DNA of 64,000 nucleotides from Polyangiales bacterium. Its GTDB lineage: Bacteria; Myxococcota_A; Polyangia; Polyangiales; Houyiibacteriaceae. The first letter of the stretch is position 1, and the number at the start of each line of letters is the position of its first letter. A model generated the notes under the pieces. That model was not told the origin of the DNA. It saw nothing but the letters and a program-made list of their open reading frames with translations, and searched no databases. Positions 20,823-29,359 of the stretch are shown here, piece by piece. A program made the translations under genes and the position numbers. The DNA lies in NCBI GenBank assembly GCA_045106895.1, contig JBGCFM010000039.1, positions 64,001-128,000 of the forward strand. Direction: 5' to 3'.

Positions 20823-22033
20823 GCGGGGCCTCCGGCGTCAAAACGAAAGAGGTGTCGGCCCAGTCGAAACTGTTGGCCGTTTCGGATCTGCCGCTCGCCG
20901 CGAAGACGGACGGATGTGCCGTTTGCAGAACCGAGATCCCGAAGGGTCACTCGCTTGGTCCCCCGGTCGGCCACGAGTACCGCGTGCCGCCGTGAGAGAA
21001 ATGGATCGTCAGTAAACACGATGTCGCCAGTTTCCCGTCCGAGCACGGTCTCGTCACGATACAGGTAATGCACGTCGCGGCCTACCCCTTCCGTCGTGTA
21101 CTGAACGAGTCGGGCAAAACGAGGTACTTCTGGGGTGCCAAAGGCCAAAACGCCTTTGACGCGGGCCGGACCCAAAGAAAGCTCGGAGTCATCTAGCAGT
21201 TCGAGCCGGAGAACCTGCTGACCCACGAGGATACGATCGCCATCTCGAAGTTCGACTGCCTCCGTGAGCCGAAGGTAGATGCCGTTCACGCTGGCAAGGT
21301 CCTTGAGAATGAACCCGCTGCCATCCCGGGACACGCGGGCGTGACGGGGAGAGAGGTACGCATCCTCGGGCAGAACGATATCTCCCTCCGTGCGACCGAT
21401 GTCGTTGTGCTCACCGTGAAGGGTAAAAGTCTGACCGTCCGAGCCGTCTTTGCGGATGGACACCAAGCGAGCCGCACCCACGGAGGGCGCGAGGGGCGAC
21501 TTGGGCGTTGAGTTTGTGGTCGTTGGGCCGTCGTCCGGAATGCCGGAAGGTCCGTCGTAAGGAGCGCCGCAGAACTTACAGAAAGCTCCACCATCGCCGA
21601 CACCTTGGCAGCGCCCACATGTTCGGGCGGGCTCGGCAATGTTTGGCTTCGGAGCGACGACAGTGCGATCGGCGCCAGCGTGTGGCGTGGGTCCACCCGG
21701 CGCGACGACGGGTGCCGGCGCCGCTTGTGGCGGAGGCGGCTGAACCGCCGACTGAACAAAGGGCGTCGGCGCGGGCCCAGCCGCGGGCGGCGGAGCCGGA
21801 GCCGGAGCAGGCGCAGGCTCACCGGCGCCCACCAAGGAGTTGCCGCAGTGAACGCAGAAGCGCATGTGCGGCTGGTTGTCCCCGTGGCAGCGGCCGCAAC
21901 GCGACATCGCTGGGGCGCTCGCCTCTTCCAGGCGCGTGCCACACTGCTGACAGAAAAGACTGCCAGATCGGTTCTCTAAGCCACAGTTGGGGCAGCCCAT
22001 CGGGCGGGATTGGACCCCGCCGGACCCCTCCAA
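20819..22033 (-). CDS. Zinc-ribbon protein with two FHA domains
   Basis: Three CxxC...FCxxCG ribbons; IGR...LSPRHA...SVNG and LGR...LSRRHA...SANGT; GTGA overlap with the phosphatase gene. Confidence 0.9.
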   Translation of the reverse strand: MEGSGGVQSRPMGCPNCGLENRSGSLFCQQCGTRLEEASAPAMSRCGRCHGDNQPHMRFCVHCGNSLVGAGEPAPAPAPAPPPAAGPAPTPFVQSAVQPPPPQAAPAPVVAPGGPTPHAGADRTVVAPKPNIAEPARTCGRCQGVGDGGAFCKFCGAPYDGPSGIPDDGPTTTNSTPKSPLAPSVGAARLVSIRKDGSDGQTFTLHGEHNDIGRTEGDIVLPEDAYLSPRHARVSRDGSGFILKDLASVNGIYLRLTEAVELRDGDRILVGQQVLRLELLDDSELSLGPARVKGVLAFGTPEVPRFARLVQYTTEGVGRDVHYLYRDETVLGRETGDIVFTDDPFLSRRHAVLVADRGTKRVTLRDLGSANGTSVRLRGERQIRNGQQFRLGRHLFRFDAGGPA

Positions 22034-22158
22034 GTCAAGGGAATCGGTGCTTCCGCCCCCCCGGACACTCGTGCGCCGGTCTCAACGGACGAAGAGAAGT
22101 CGTCTCGGCCACGTCCCCGGAGCCTCAAAAGAGGGTTTCTAGCCCTGAATGAGGTACT

Positions 22159-22809
22159 TCAGGGAGCCTCGAGGAGCACGAGGCCGAAGGTCAACGCTGC
22201 GGCCACGTCGACGCCGAAATCCGCCGCCCGATCGACGCCGTCGCTTCGCGTGCGGAAACCGTTGGTCGCGAACACCCGCAAACTGAGCTGAGAGGTGAAA
22301 GCGAGGCGGGAGGTGAGTTCGAGCTCGACCCCAGCGGTGCCTTCTAGACCTGCGCCGACCGCGTTCCGCCGAAAGACGTCACCGAGGAGTAGAAAACCGA
22401 GCCCAACACCGACAAAAGGGTGGGCGAGCTTCTCTTTGAGGCCGTAGTAGCGGAAATGTGCCTTGAAGAACTGCACTGTGGTCAGCTCGAAGACGGCGTT
22501 GCCGTTGAGGAACCACAGGTCGTAGCCGAAGCCGACGGCGGGTCCGCGGGGCCAGCGCCACTCGGAGAGCGCGCCTACGCCTCCCCCGCCTCCGAAAATA
22601 CAGGCGGCGTCTGGTGGGCAGAGGGGATCTCGGGCCACCGGAAATACGAAGGACATGTAGAATTCGCCGACTCGGTGGGGCCCGAGCGAATCCGGCGGCG
22701 GCGGCAGCTCAAAACGTTCCTCCTCGTCTTGGGCCAGGGCCAAGCGTGGTGGTGCCAGGGCGAAGAGCAGCCCCCCACAAATCCAGAACGTGATCACTTT
22801 GATTGACAC
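22159..22809 (-). CDS. Putative small outer-membrane beta-barrel protein
   Basis: Signal peptide (ALAQ); alternating beta-strand pattern (HPFVGVGLG, AGVELEL). Start uncertain. Confidence 0.55.
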   Translation of the reverse strand: MSIKVITFWICGGLLFALAPPRLALAQDEEERFELPPPPDSLGPHRVGEFYMSFVFPVARDPLCPPDAACIFGGGGGVGALSEWRWPRGPAVGFGYDLWFLNGNAVFELTTVQFFKAHFRYYGLKEKLAHPFVGVGLGFLLLGDVFRRNAVGAGLEGTAGVELELTSRLAFTSQLSLRVFATNGFRTRSDGVDRAADFGVDVAAALTFGLVLLEAP

Positions 22810-22883
22810 CAACGATTCGCTTTCTATAGTCGCGGCCGTTCCGCCGAGGCGGGGCAAAAAACGAATATAGCAGGTGACCGGTC

Positions 22884-23225
22884 ATGGAGATCTACCTCGA
22901 TAAGCGCGCAGTGCGACAAATCCGACTTTCCGCGTCGGATGCCATCGAAGATGGCGACAACGAAACTCTCCGCGAGGACCTCATCGAGCTCTTTAACGAC
23001 GATGAAGTCGAAGAGATCGAGCGGCGCACGGACGCCGGGGACATCTACAGCTTTATCGCGGAGATCCTCGACGAGTGGGATGCTGAAGACGTCGATGAGC
23101 TCTTCGAGCTTCTTGAAGGCCAACTCTCCGATGCGGACATCGAGCTGAAGTACACGTCGCCGGATGGTGACGACGAGGACGACGAGGACGACGACGACGA
23201 CGACGACCTCGACGACGACCTCTAA
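22884..23225 (+). CDS. Small, extremely acidic protein
   Basis: 113 aa, about 40% Asp+Glu by hand count, poly-Asp tail; AGGTG RBS. Confidence 0.75.
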   Translation: MEIYLDKRAVRQIRLSASDAIEDGDNETLREDLIELFNDDEVEEIERRTDAGDIYSFIAEILDEWDAEDVDELFELLEGQLSDADIELKYTSPDGDDEDDEDDDDDDDLDDDL

Positions 23226-23241
23226 TAGGACGGTTTGGAGC

Positions 23242-23850
23242 TCAGCTCCTTCGTCGGGCGCTGAGAACGAGGTCGGATACGATCTGACCAAGCCGCCCGT
23301 CTTCGAGGAGCTCGGGTGCGTAGAGGAGCGCGCCTTGAACGGCTCCACGTACGGCAAAGATCATGGCGACTTTTCGTGCGTGCAGTGCCGCTTCGCTCAT
23401 CGCGGGAAAGAGCTCATTCATGACGGGGCCGAAGAGCGCGAACACCTCTTCCTCCGCCTCCTCGATGGCCGTGTGGTCCCAGCTTCGTGGTACTTCCGCC
23501 AGAAGACGACGCCTTAGCGCGACATCGCCGACGCTCGATGAGCAAAACACCTGGATGGCGTTGTGTACGCGCTCTTCGGCGCTGCCTTCTTGTTCCAAGG
23601 CTGCGCGAATGCCGTCCTGCACCTTCTGATTGATCCGGCGAGCGACCCCAGCGATGACCGCTTCTTTGCTCGGGAAGTACTGGTAGAGGGACCCGATACT
23701 GACGCCGGCACGTTTGGCGATAGCGTTTGTCGTCATGGGCTCGAGGCCCGTCTCCATCAGTAGGGACGAGCCCGCATCGAGGATGCTCGCGACGATGTCC
23801 TCCCCGGAACGTCGAGAGGGTCGTTTTCGAGGCTCGGTGTTCGCGCTCAT
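23242..23850 (-). CDS. TetR/AcrR-family transcriptional regulator
   Basis: TTNAIAKRAGVSIGSLYQYFPSKE HTH. Confidence 0.95.
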   Translation of the reverse strand: MSANTEPRKRPSRRSGEDIVASILDAGSSLLMETGLEPMTTNAIAKRAGVSIGSLYQYFPSKEAVIAGVARRINQKVQDGIRAALEQEGSAEERVHNAIQVFCSSSVGDVALRRRLLAEVPRSWDHTAIEEAEEEVFALFGPVMNELFPAMSEAALHARKVAMIFAVRGAVQGALLYAPELLEDGRLGQIVSDLVLSARRRS

Positions 23851-24013
23851 GGAGCGACCGACTAGAGCACAATCTTTGTGTGACCCGTGATTGTTTCGCG
23901 AGCAGCGCGCCCCGTCAACGCCTCACAGTCGCCTCAAACTATTGAAATCACTTGGTTTTACGACACAAAAGAACGCGAGTTGAGGGCATCTTCTGCTCGT
24001 CTAGGGTCAGGGC

Positions 24014-26938
24014 ATGAACACAAAGACTTTGGTCGCGCTCAGCGCGATGGCGATGCTCCTTGCCTGTGGTGATGACGACAGCCCCACGGACGCCGGGCCC
24101 AGCGGCGATGCCGCCGATGTCGGGAGCGACGCCTCTGTGGATGGATCCGTGGACGGCGAGGTGGGCGACGCCGGTCCCGTGCCGCTTCCGCCCCTCGGCC
24201 TCGCCGGCGATGCACGCGCCGTCCAGGACACGCGCGGCATGTGGCACATCTACGGCGAGAGCGAAGAGGACGTGTATCGTGTCGAGGGCTACCTTCAGGC
24301 GCGCGACCGCTTCGGGCAGATGATCTTCCTGCGTCGCGCCGTCCGCGGCGAGCTCACGGAGATCATTCCCGCGGCCTTCAGTCCTGCGCTCATCGGCCAA
24401 GACACGGCGGCGCGTTTCCTCGGCTACCGCCGTCACGCGGAAGCCACCTGGGCCGCGATGCAAGAGAACGACCCGGATAACGCGGCGATCTTCGTGGCGT
24501 TCTCCGCCGGCGTCAACGCGTACATCGAACAGATCGAAGCGGGCGTCGCGACGTTGCCGCGCGGCATCGCCGACGTCTTTGGTGTTGTCGGGCTGACGAC
24601 GTACAAGCGCTGGGAGCCTGTGGATTCTCTGGCCATTGCGAAGTTCCTGGCCGCGTCTTTGTCCATCGAAGTGCGCCGCGACCTGGAGCGCTCGCTTAGC
24701 CGAGAGGCGTGGGCCGAGACCTTCCCAAGCGATTCGACGGACCCGCGCCGCGCAGCTCTTTCGGATGCCTACTTGGACGTCTTCTCGTTCGAGGCGGCGG
24801 AGAAGGCGTACACGGCGGATGGATTTCCGAGCGTCCCCGAGAGCATCGCCCTCCGCGACGCGCCGGCGCCCCGCACGCATGTCGACGTGGACTCGCTTCG
24901 CGCCGCGCTCCCCATCGCCGACGCCATCGAGTCCCACTTTGCGACTTGGTTCGGCGACGGCTCCCGCGGCTCGAACAGCTGGGCCATCGCCGCAGACCGG
25001 AGCGCCGGCGGCCACCCGGTACTGGCTAACGACCCGCACTTGGCGCTGCCGAGCCCTCCCCTTCACTGGCAGGCGCAGCTCAACACGAAGAACGCCGGAG
25101 GCCAGCTCAACGTTGCCGGCCTTGTCTTCGCCGGCACCCCTTTGGTGCTCTTTGGCTACAACGATGACATCGCCTGGGGTCTGACCGTTGGTCGACTCGA
25201 CGTGACGGACACCTACGCGGAGACCCTCGAAGACGACGCGGTGGTGTTTGACCCGGACCCGAGCGACGGCACACCCGCCGAGCGCCGCGCTCTGGTCCGC
25301 ATCACCGAGACGCTGACGCAGACCGACGGAAGCGAGATGGACGTGACCTTCGAGCTTGTGCCCATCGGCCCGGCGGCGGACCCGATGGCGGCGACGCGCA
25401 TCATCATTCCCGAAAGTCGAACGGAGACCAGCGCGATCTCTGTTCGCTGGACCGGCATGGGGAGCACTTCGGAGCTGACCACCATCGCGGACATGAGCCG
25501 CGCGACGAGCGTGAACGAAGCCGTCGACGCTCTTGAGTTTTTCACCGTCGGCGGCGTGAACTGGACCATCATCGACGAAGAGAACATCTACTGGCGTGAC
25601 CAAGCTTTCGTGCCCGTGCGCGACCCTCGCGCCCTGACCTTCGACGCGGAGACCGGCGAAGGCGATGCGCCTTGCTTTGTTCTTCCGGGCACGGGCGAAT
25701 ACGAGTGGCTCCGAGAGGCGAACGAGGCTCTCGGCGCGAACGATCGCGGCTTCCTCGAGTCGAGCCTTCTTCCGCAGCTGCGCAACCCCGCGAGCGGCTT
25801 CATCGCCACGGCGAACGCGGACCCCGTGGGCGTCACCGACGACGGCAACCCCTTCGACTCGGACTACTACATCGGCTGGCGTTTTGAGTCGCACCGCATG
25901 GCGCGCATCGACGAGCGACTGACGGAGCTCGTCGCCCGCGGCGACGTGACGCTGGAAGAGTCCATGGAACTTCAGGGTGACAAGCGCTCTCCCATTGGCG
26001 CCATGACCCGCGACGCCATCGTCGCCGAGCTGACGCGGGCATTGGAAGAAGCGGAGAGCGCCGGAACGCACAGTGATCTTCAGACGCTTGTGGCGGACCT
26101 CGACGCGGGCGCCGTAGCAGCGCTGACCTCCGCGCGGGATCGCCTCGAGGCGTGGAGCTTCGAAGCGGAGTCCGGCCTCGACGCCGACGGGACGCTCACC
26201 TCGAACGTTCAAGCGAACGCGGACAGCATCGCAACGACGATCTTCAACGTCGCGATGACGCGTATTCATAGCGGCCTCATCGACGACGAGATCGCCGCTC
26301 TCAACCCTGGCGTAGACTGCGCGACGGAAGCCTGTACGCCGCCCGGCGACGCGTTCTACACCCTCGCGCTCTCGGAGCCCACGCGCCTGCGCAGCTACGA
26401 CGCGGAGCTTGGCGACACGCCGATGTGGGACGACCTCAGCACGGAGGTCGTGGAGACGCGCGGCGTCATCGTCGTGCGGAGCGTGGTCGCAGCTCTCGCC
26501 TACTTGGCAGAACGCCTCGAGTCCGAGGACATGGAGACGTGGCAGTGGGGACGCTTGCACACCATTCGTTTCGCGACGGTGGTCCCGCAGCTTGGCGAAG
26601 ATCTCTTGAGCATTCCCACCGTGGAGAACGAGATCGTGCCCGGCGGCTTCCCCCGCGGAGGCGACCGAGAGAGCGTCGATGTGGCGAACTTTGGTTCGCG
26701 TAGCCTCGAGGACTTCAGCTACAACAACGGGGCCATTCAGCGCCTCGTGGTGGAGATGGGACCGGACGGCCCCCGCGTGTTCAACGCGCTGCCCGGCGGA
26801 AACGCCTACGACCCCGACAGCCCGCACCAGGCGGACGAGGTGGAGTTTTGGCGACGCAACGAAGCGCCTCAGGTGTTTCACACGAACGAAGACGTGATGG
26901 CAAACATGGAGCGCGAGCTCAACTTCGTAGCGGAGTAG
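24014..26938 (+). CDS. Penicillin acylase / Ntn-hydrolase family lipoprotein
   Basis: Lipobox LLAC; GMWHIYG...QARDRFGQM; G|SNSWAI...ANDPHL autoprocessing site; ATAN; WQWGRLH. Confidence 0.93.
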   Translation: MNTKTLVALSAMAMLLACGDDDSPTDAGPSGDAADVGSDASVDGSVDGEVGDAGPVPLPPLGLAGDARAVQDTRGMWHIYGESEEDVYRVEGYLQARDRFGQMIFLRRAVRGELTEIIPAAFSPALIGQDTAARFLGYRRHAEATWAAMQENDPDNAAIFVAFSAGVNAYIEQIEAGVATLPRGIADVFGVVGLTTYKRWEPVDSLAIAKFLAASLSIEVRRDLERSLSREAWAETFPSDSTDPRRAALSDAYLDVFSFEAAEKAYTADGFPSVPESIALRDAPAPRTHVDVDSLRAALPIADAIESHFATWFGDGSRGSNSWAIAADRSAGGHPVLANDPHLALPSPPLHWQAQLNTKNAGGQLNVAGLVFAGTPLVLFGYNDDIAWGLTVGRLDVTDTYAETLEDDAVVFDPDPSDGTPAERRALVRITETLTQTDGSEMDVTFELVPIGPAADPMAATRIIIPESRTETSAISVRWTGMGSTSELTTIADMSRATSVNEAVDALEFFTVGGVNWTIIDEENIYWRDQAFVPVRDPRALTFDAETGEGDAPCFVLPGTGEYEWLREANEALGANDRGFLESSLLPQLRNPASGFIATANADPVGVTDDGNPFDSDYYIGWRFESHRMARIDERLTELVARGDVTLEESMELQGDKRSPIGAMTRDAIVAELTRALEEAESAGTHSDLQTLVADLDAGAVAALTSARDRLEAWSFEAESGLDADGTLTSNVQANADSIATTIFNVAMTRIHSGLIDDEIAALNPGVDCATEACTPPGDAFYTLALSEPTRLRSYDAELGDTPMWDDLSTEVVETRGVIVVRSVVAALAYLAERLESEDMETWQWGRLHTIRFATVVPQLGEDLLSIPTVENEIVPGGFPRGGDRESVDVANFGSRSLEDFSYNNGAIQRLVVEMGPDGPRVFNALPGGNAYDPDSPHQADEVEFWRRNEAPQVFHTNEDVMANMERELNFVAE

Positions 26939-26959
26939 GACGGCGTGCAAAATGACGAC

Positions 26960-26995
26960 GACGCCGTGTCTTAGGTGGACACGGCGTCTTTCTCT
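26960..26995 (+). terminator. Intrinsic terminator after the acylase gene
   Basis: GACGCCGTGTC-N7-GACACGGCGTC followed by TTTCTCT. Confidence 0.65.
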
Positions 26996-27104
26996 CGTCA
27001 ACCAGCATTCGTTAGAGAACAGGCACCATTCGTTCAGCCTAACAGAACGTTTGATATGGCACATCGACGGTGGGATTTTGTCCGCCGCGCCGCTACAATA
27101 CGAT

Positions 27105-28820
27105 GTGGTCTATACCGAGCCTCCTCGCACCCGCGGCGTTCTTTTGTTCGTCGCGAGTTTTCTCTGCGTGAGTTGCTCTGATCCCTACGAAGTACGGATT
27201 CGTTTCTCGAACGCGTCGCTGCGCAGCGCAGCGACGCGTGTAGAGGTTGCCCTCGTCGAGTCATGCGAGGGACTAGTGTCGGGCCCGGCCGTCGGCGTTG
27301 TACGCCAAGTGGAATTTGGCATCGAGGAACCCATCGGAATAGGACCCGTCGACGCCGGTGAATATGGGCTCTACGTGCGTGCCACGAGTGTCGATTGCAC
27401 CGTTATTGCGACGGGCTGCTCCCAAGTGAGCATCGACAACTCTGGTGGTGTTTTGGAGGTCTTGGTGCAGCCTGCCGCCGGACAGGCATGCATCACTGGC
27501 TTCAGCTGTCGGCTGGGGCAGTGCATTCCGGGGTCGAGGGACGCGGGCAGCGGCATCGACGGGGGTCCAGATGCTGAGGTGGACAGTGGTATCTGCACGC
27601 TGCCAGTGCCCTCCGAGATCAACGTCGACCCTCCTTCGGGACAAATCGCCCTCGATTCGTTTGGCTGCATGGTCCGCGGCGGGCGGCTCTTTTGCTTCGG
27701 CCCCGCCAACGATTCCGGCCAGCTTAGCGGAAGCGCCGAGGCCTGCGAAGGTGGCGATGGGTGTCTTGAGGAGGTTGCTCATCCTGGCGGTGGCTCTTGG
27801 TCACAAGTGAGCACCGGCAGCACACACGCCTGCGCCTTCGACGAAGACGGACGACTCTTCTGCTGGGGGAGCAGCGAGTTCGGCGCGCTCGGTCGAGCCA
27901 CCGGGCGCGAGGGTGTTGCCGAGGCAGCCAGCTTCGGCGTCAGCCGCGTGAGCTGTGGTGGCAGTTTCACCTGCGCGATCAAATCCAACACGCGAACGCT
28001 CCACTGTTGGGGCAACGACGCCAGCGGCCAAACCGGCGTACTCACAGAAGGCAGCTGCGCGGGAGGCGGGGGCATGGTCGTGAGTCTTCCAACCCGAACC
28101 TCCCCACCCGAAGAGGAAGCCTGCCCACCGCTAGCGTCGAGTCCCGAGGTGGAGCTTTGGTCCGACATCACTACGAGCGCCGACACTGGGTGCTCGCTCC
28201 TCCAAGATGGTCGCGGGTACTGCTGGGGTGGCGTAGCGAATGGCACCACCGGCAACGAAGTGGCCTGCTTTCCCGGATGCCGCGCGACCTCCATCGGACG
28301 ATGGCGGCGCCTCAGCGAGAACGTTCTTCATCACCGATGTGGCATTCGAGACGACGGTGAACTCCTCTGCTGGGGCAGCAACGGACGAGGGCAGCTCGGC
28401 ATTGGCAGCGTCACGGAAGACTCAACTCCTGATGTCGGTGTGTGTGACCCCGCACCCGGCGACCGCGGCAATGAAGTCCTGCTAAGCGAAACCACCCCAG
28501 TCGCGCACCCGAGCGGCGCCAACTGGACCGATGTGTCCGCAGGCTTCTTTCATACCTGCGCCCTAGACTCCGAAGGCGCGGTTTATTGCTGGGGAGAAAA
28601 CGACCAAAACGCGGTAGCCGAAGGGGCCGAGTTCATAACAACCTCGCCCGTTCGAGTGCCTCTACCGGACGGCGTTCGCGCGACGGAGGTGCTGGCGGGC
28701 AACCGGCTCTCGTGTGCGCGTAGCGAAGATGAAGGGTTATACTGCTGGGGCGCCAGCAATATACGCTGCGCCGGCGTCGCGAACTGCCCAGCGATCCATC
28801 GTATTCCTTTCCTTGAGTAG
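27105..28820 (+). CDS. RCC1-repeat (beta-propeller) lipoprotein
   Basis: Repeated H(T/A)C...G.L.CWG.N..GQLG units; lipobox-like CVSC; GTG at 27105 follows a TACAAT box. Confidence 0.85.
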   Translation: MVYTEPPRTRGVLLFVASFLCVSCSDPYEVRIRFSNASLRSAATRVEVALVESCEGLVSGPAVGVVRQVEFGIEEPIGIGPVDAGEYGLYVRATSVDCTVIATGCSQVSIDNSGGVLEVLVQPAAGQACITGFSCRLGQCIPGSRDAGSGIDGGPDAEVDSGICTLPVPSEINVDPPSGQIALDSFGCMVRGGRLFCFGPANDSGQLSGSAEACEGGDGCLEEVAHPGGGSWSQVSTGSTHACAFDEDGRLFCWGSSEFGALGRATGREGVAEAASFGVSRVSCGGSFTCAIKSNTRTLHCWGNDASGQTGVLTEGSCAGGGGMVVSLPTRTSPPEEEACPPLASSPEVELWSDITTSADTGCSLLQDGRGYCWGGVANGTTGNEVACFPGCRATSIGRWRRLSENVLHHRCGIRDDGELLCWGSNGRGQLGIGSVTEDSTPDVGVCDPAPGDRGNEVLLSETTPVAHPSGANWTDVSAGFFHTCALDSEGAVYCWGENDQNAVAEGAEFITTSPVRVPLPDGVRATEVLAGNRLSCARSEDEGLYCWGASNIRCAGVANCPAIHRIPFLE

Positions 28821-29145
28821 GTGTTCCAGCGACCTCGCCGAACGCGCCTCGTCGACCGTTCGGCGAGCCACTTCGTAGCCCAGGCTTCCGCACCGCGGCG
28901 AGGGCGTCGAGGGAGATGTCCGTAATCTCCCGCCTCGGTCTGGATGTCGCGCCTTTGTCGCCGAGGGCATCGTGCTCGACGAGGTAGCGCAGCTGGCGTT
29001 GGGCGAGGAGCTCCTCGCTGGTGATGATGTCTTCGGTCCGGTTACTGTCGCCGAGCACGCGGAGGGTGCAGGTGAGGATCGTGCGCACCTGCGACGCGCT
29101 CAGGCGCGGTAGATGAATAGGCAGCGCCGGTCTGTATTCGGCCAT
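28821..29145 (-). pseudogene. Degraded Coq4-like gene fragment
   Basis: One frame reads ...LRVLGDSNRTEDII...DISLDALAA, then GSLGYEVAR continues in another frame near 28890. No HDxxH motif, and both frames run into the convergent RCC1 gene. Confidence 0.45.
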
Positions 29146-29175
29146 TCGACGAGTATAGCGCAGGGTTGCGACCGC

Positions 29176-29211
29176 CTAGCGAACGCGAAAACGAACGGCG
29201 TTGGAGACGAA
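29176..29211 (+). repeat. 36-bp direct repeat, left copy
   Basis: CTAGCGAACGCGAAAACGAACGGCGTTGGAGACGAA, identical to 33410-33445. Confidence 0.95.
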
Positions 29212-29359
29212 TGCACGCCTTATGGCCGCTCTTGGCTCGCTGCCAGGTCGATTCTTAGCCTGACAGGGGCGGCATTTTTAAGACCCACCTACCCTTTTAC
29301 CAAAAAACACCCCATACTAGTGACATGCGATTCTGCGACGCTTCGAAACGAATCCAAAC

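Noticed and set aside
17302..22033. FHA and PP2C genes as a type VI secretion locus
   Set aside because: No Tss, Hcp, VgrG or ClpV genes in the window.
23970..24000. Possible TetR operator (ACGCGAG...CTCGT)
   Set aside because: The dyad symmetry is too weak to support a call.
23948..27064. 1038-aa minus-strand ORF
   Set aside because: Antisense shadow of the penicillin acylase gene, expected from high-GC codon bias; no motifs.
26952..27104. N-terminal extension of the RCC1 ORF from 26952
   Set aside because: It runs through the acylase terminator and places the signal peptide too far from the start; the GTG at 27105 fits better.
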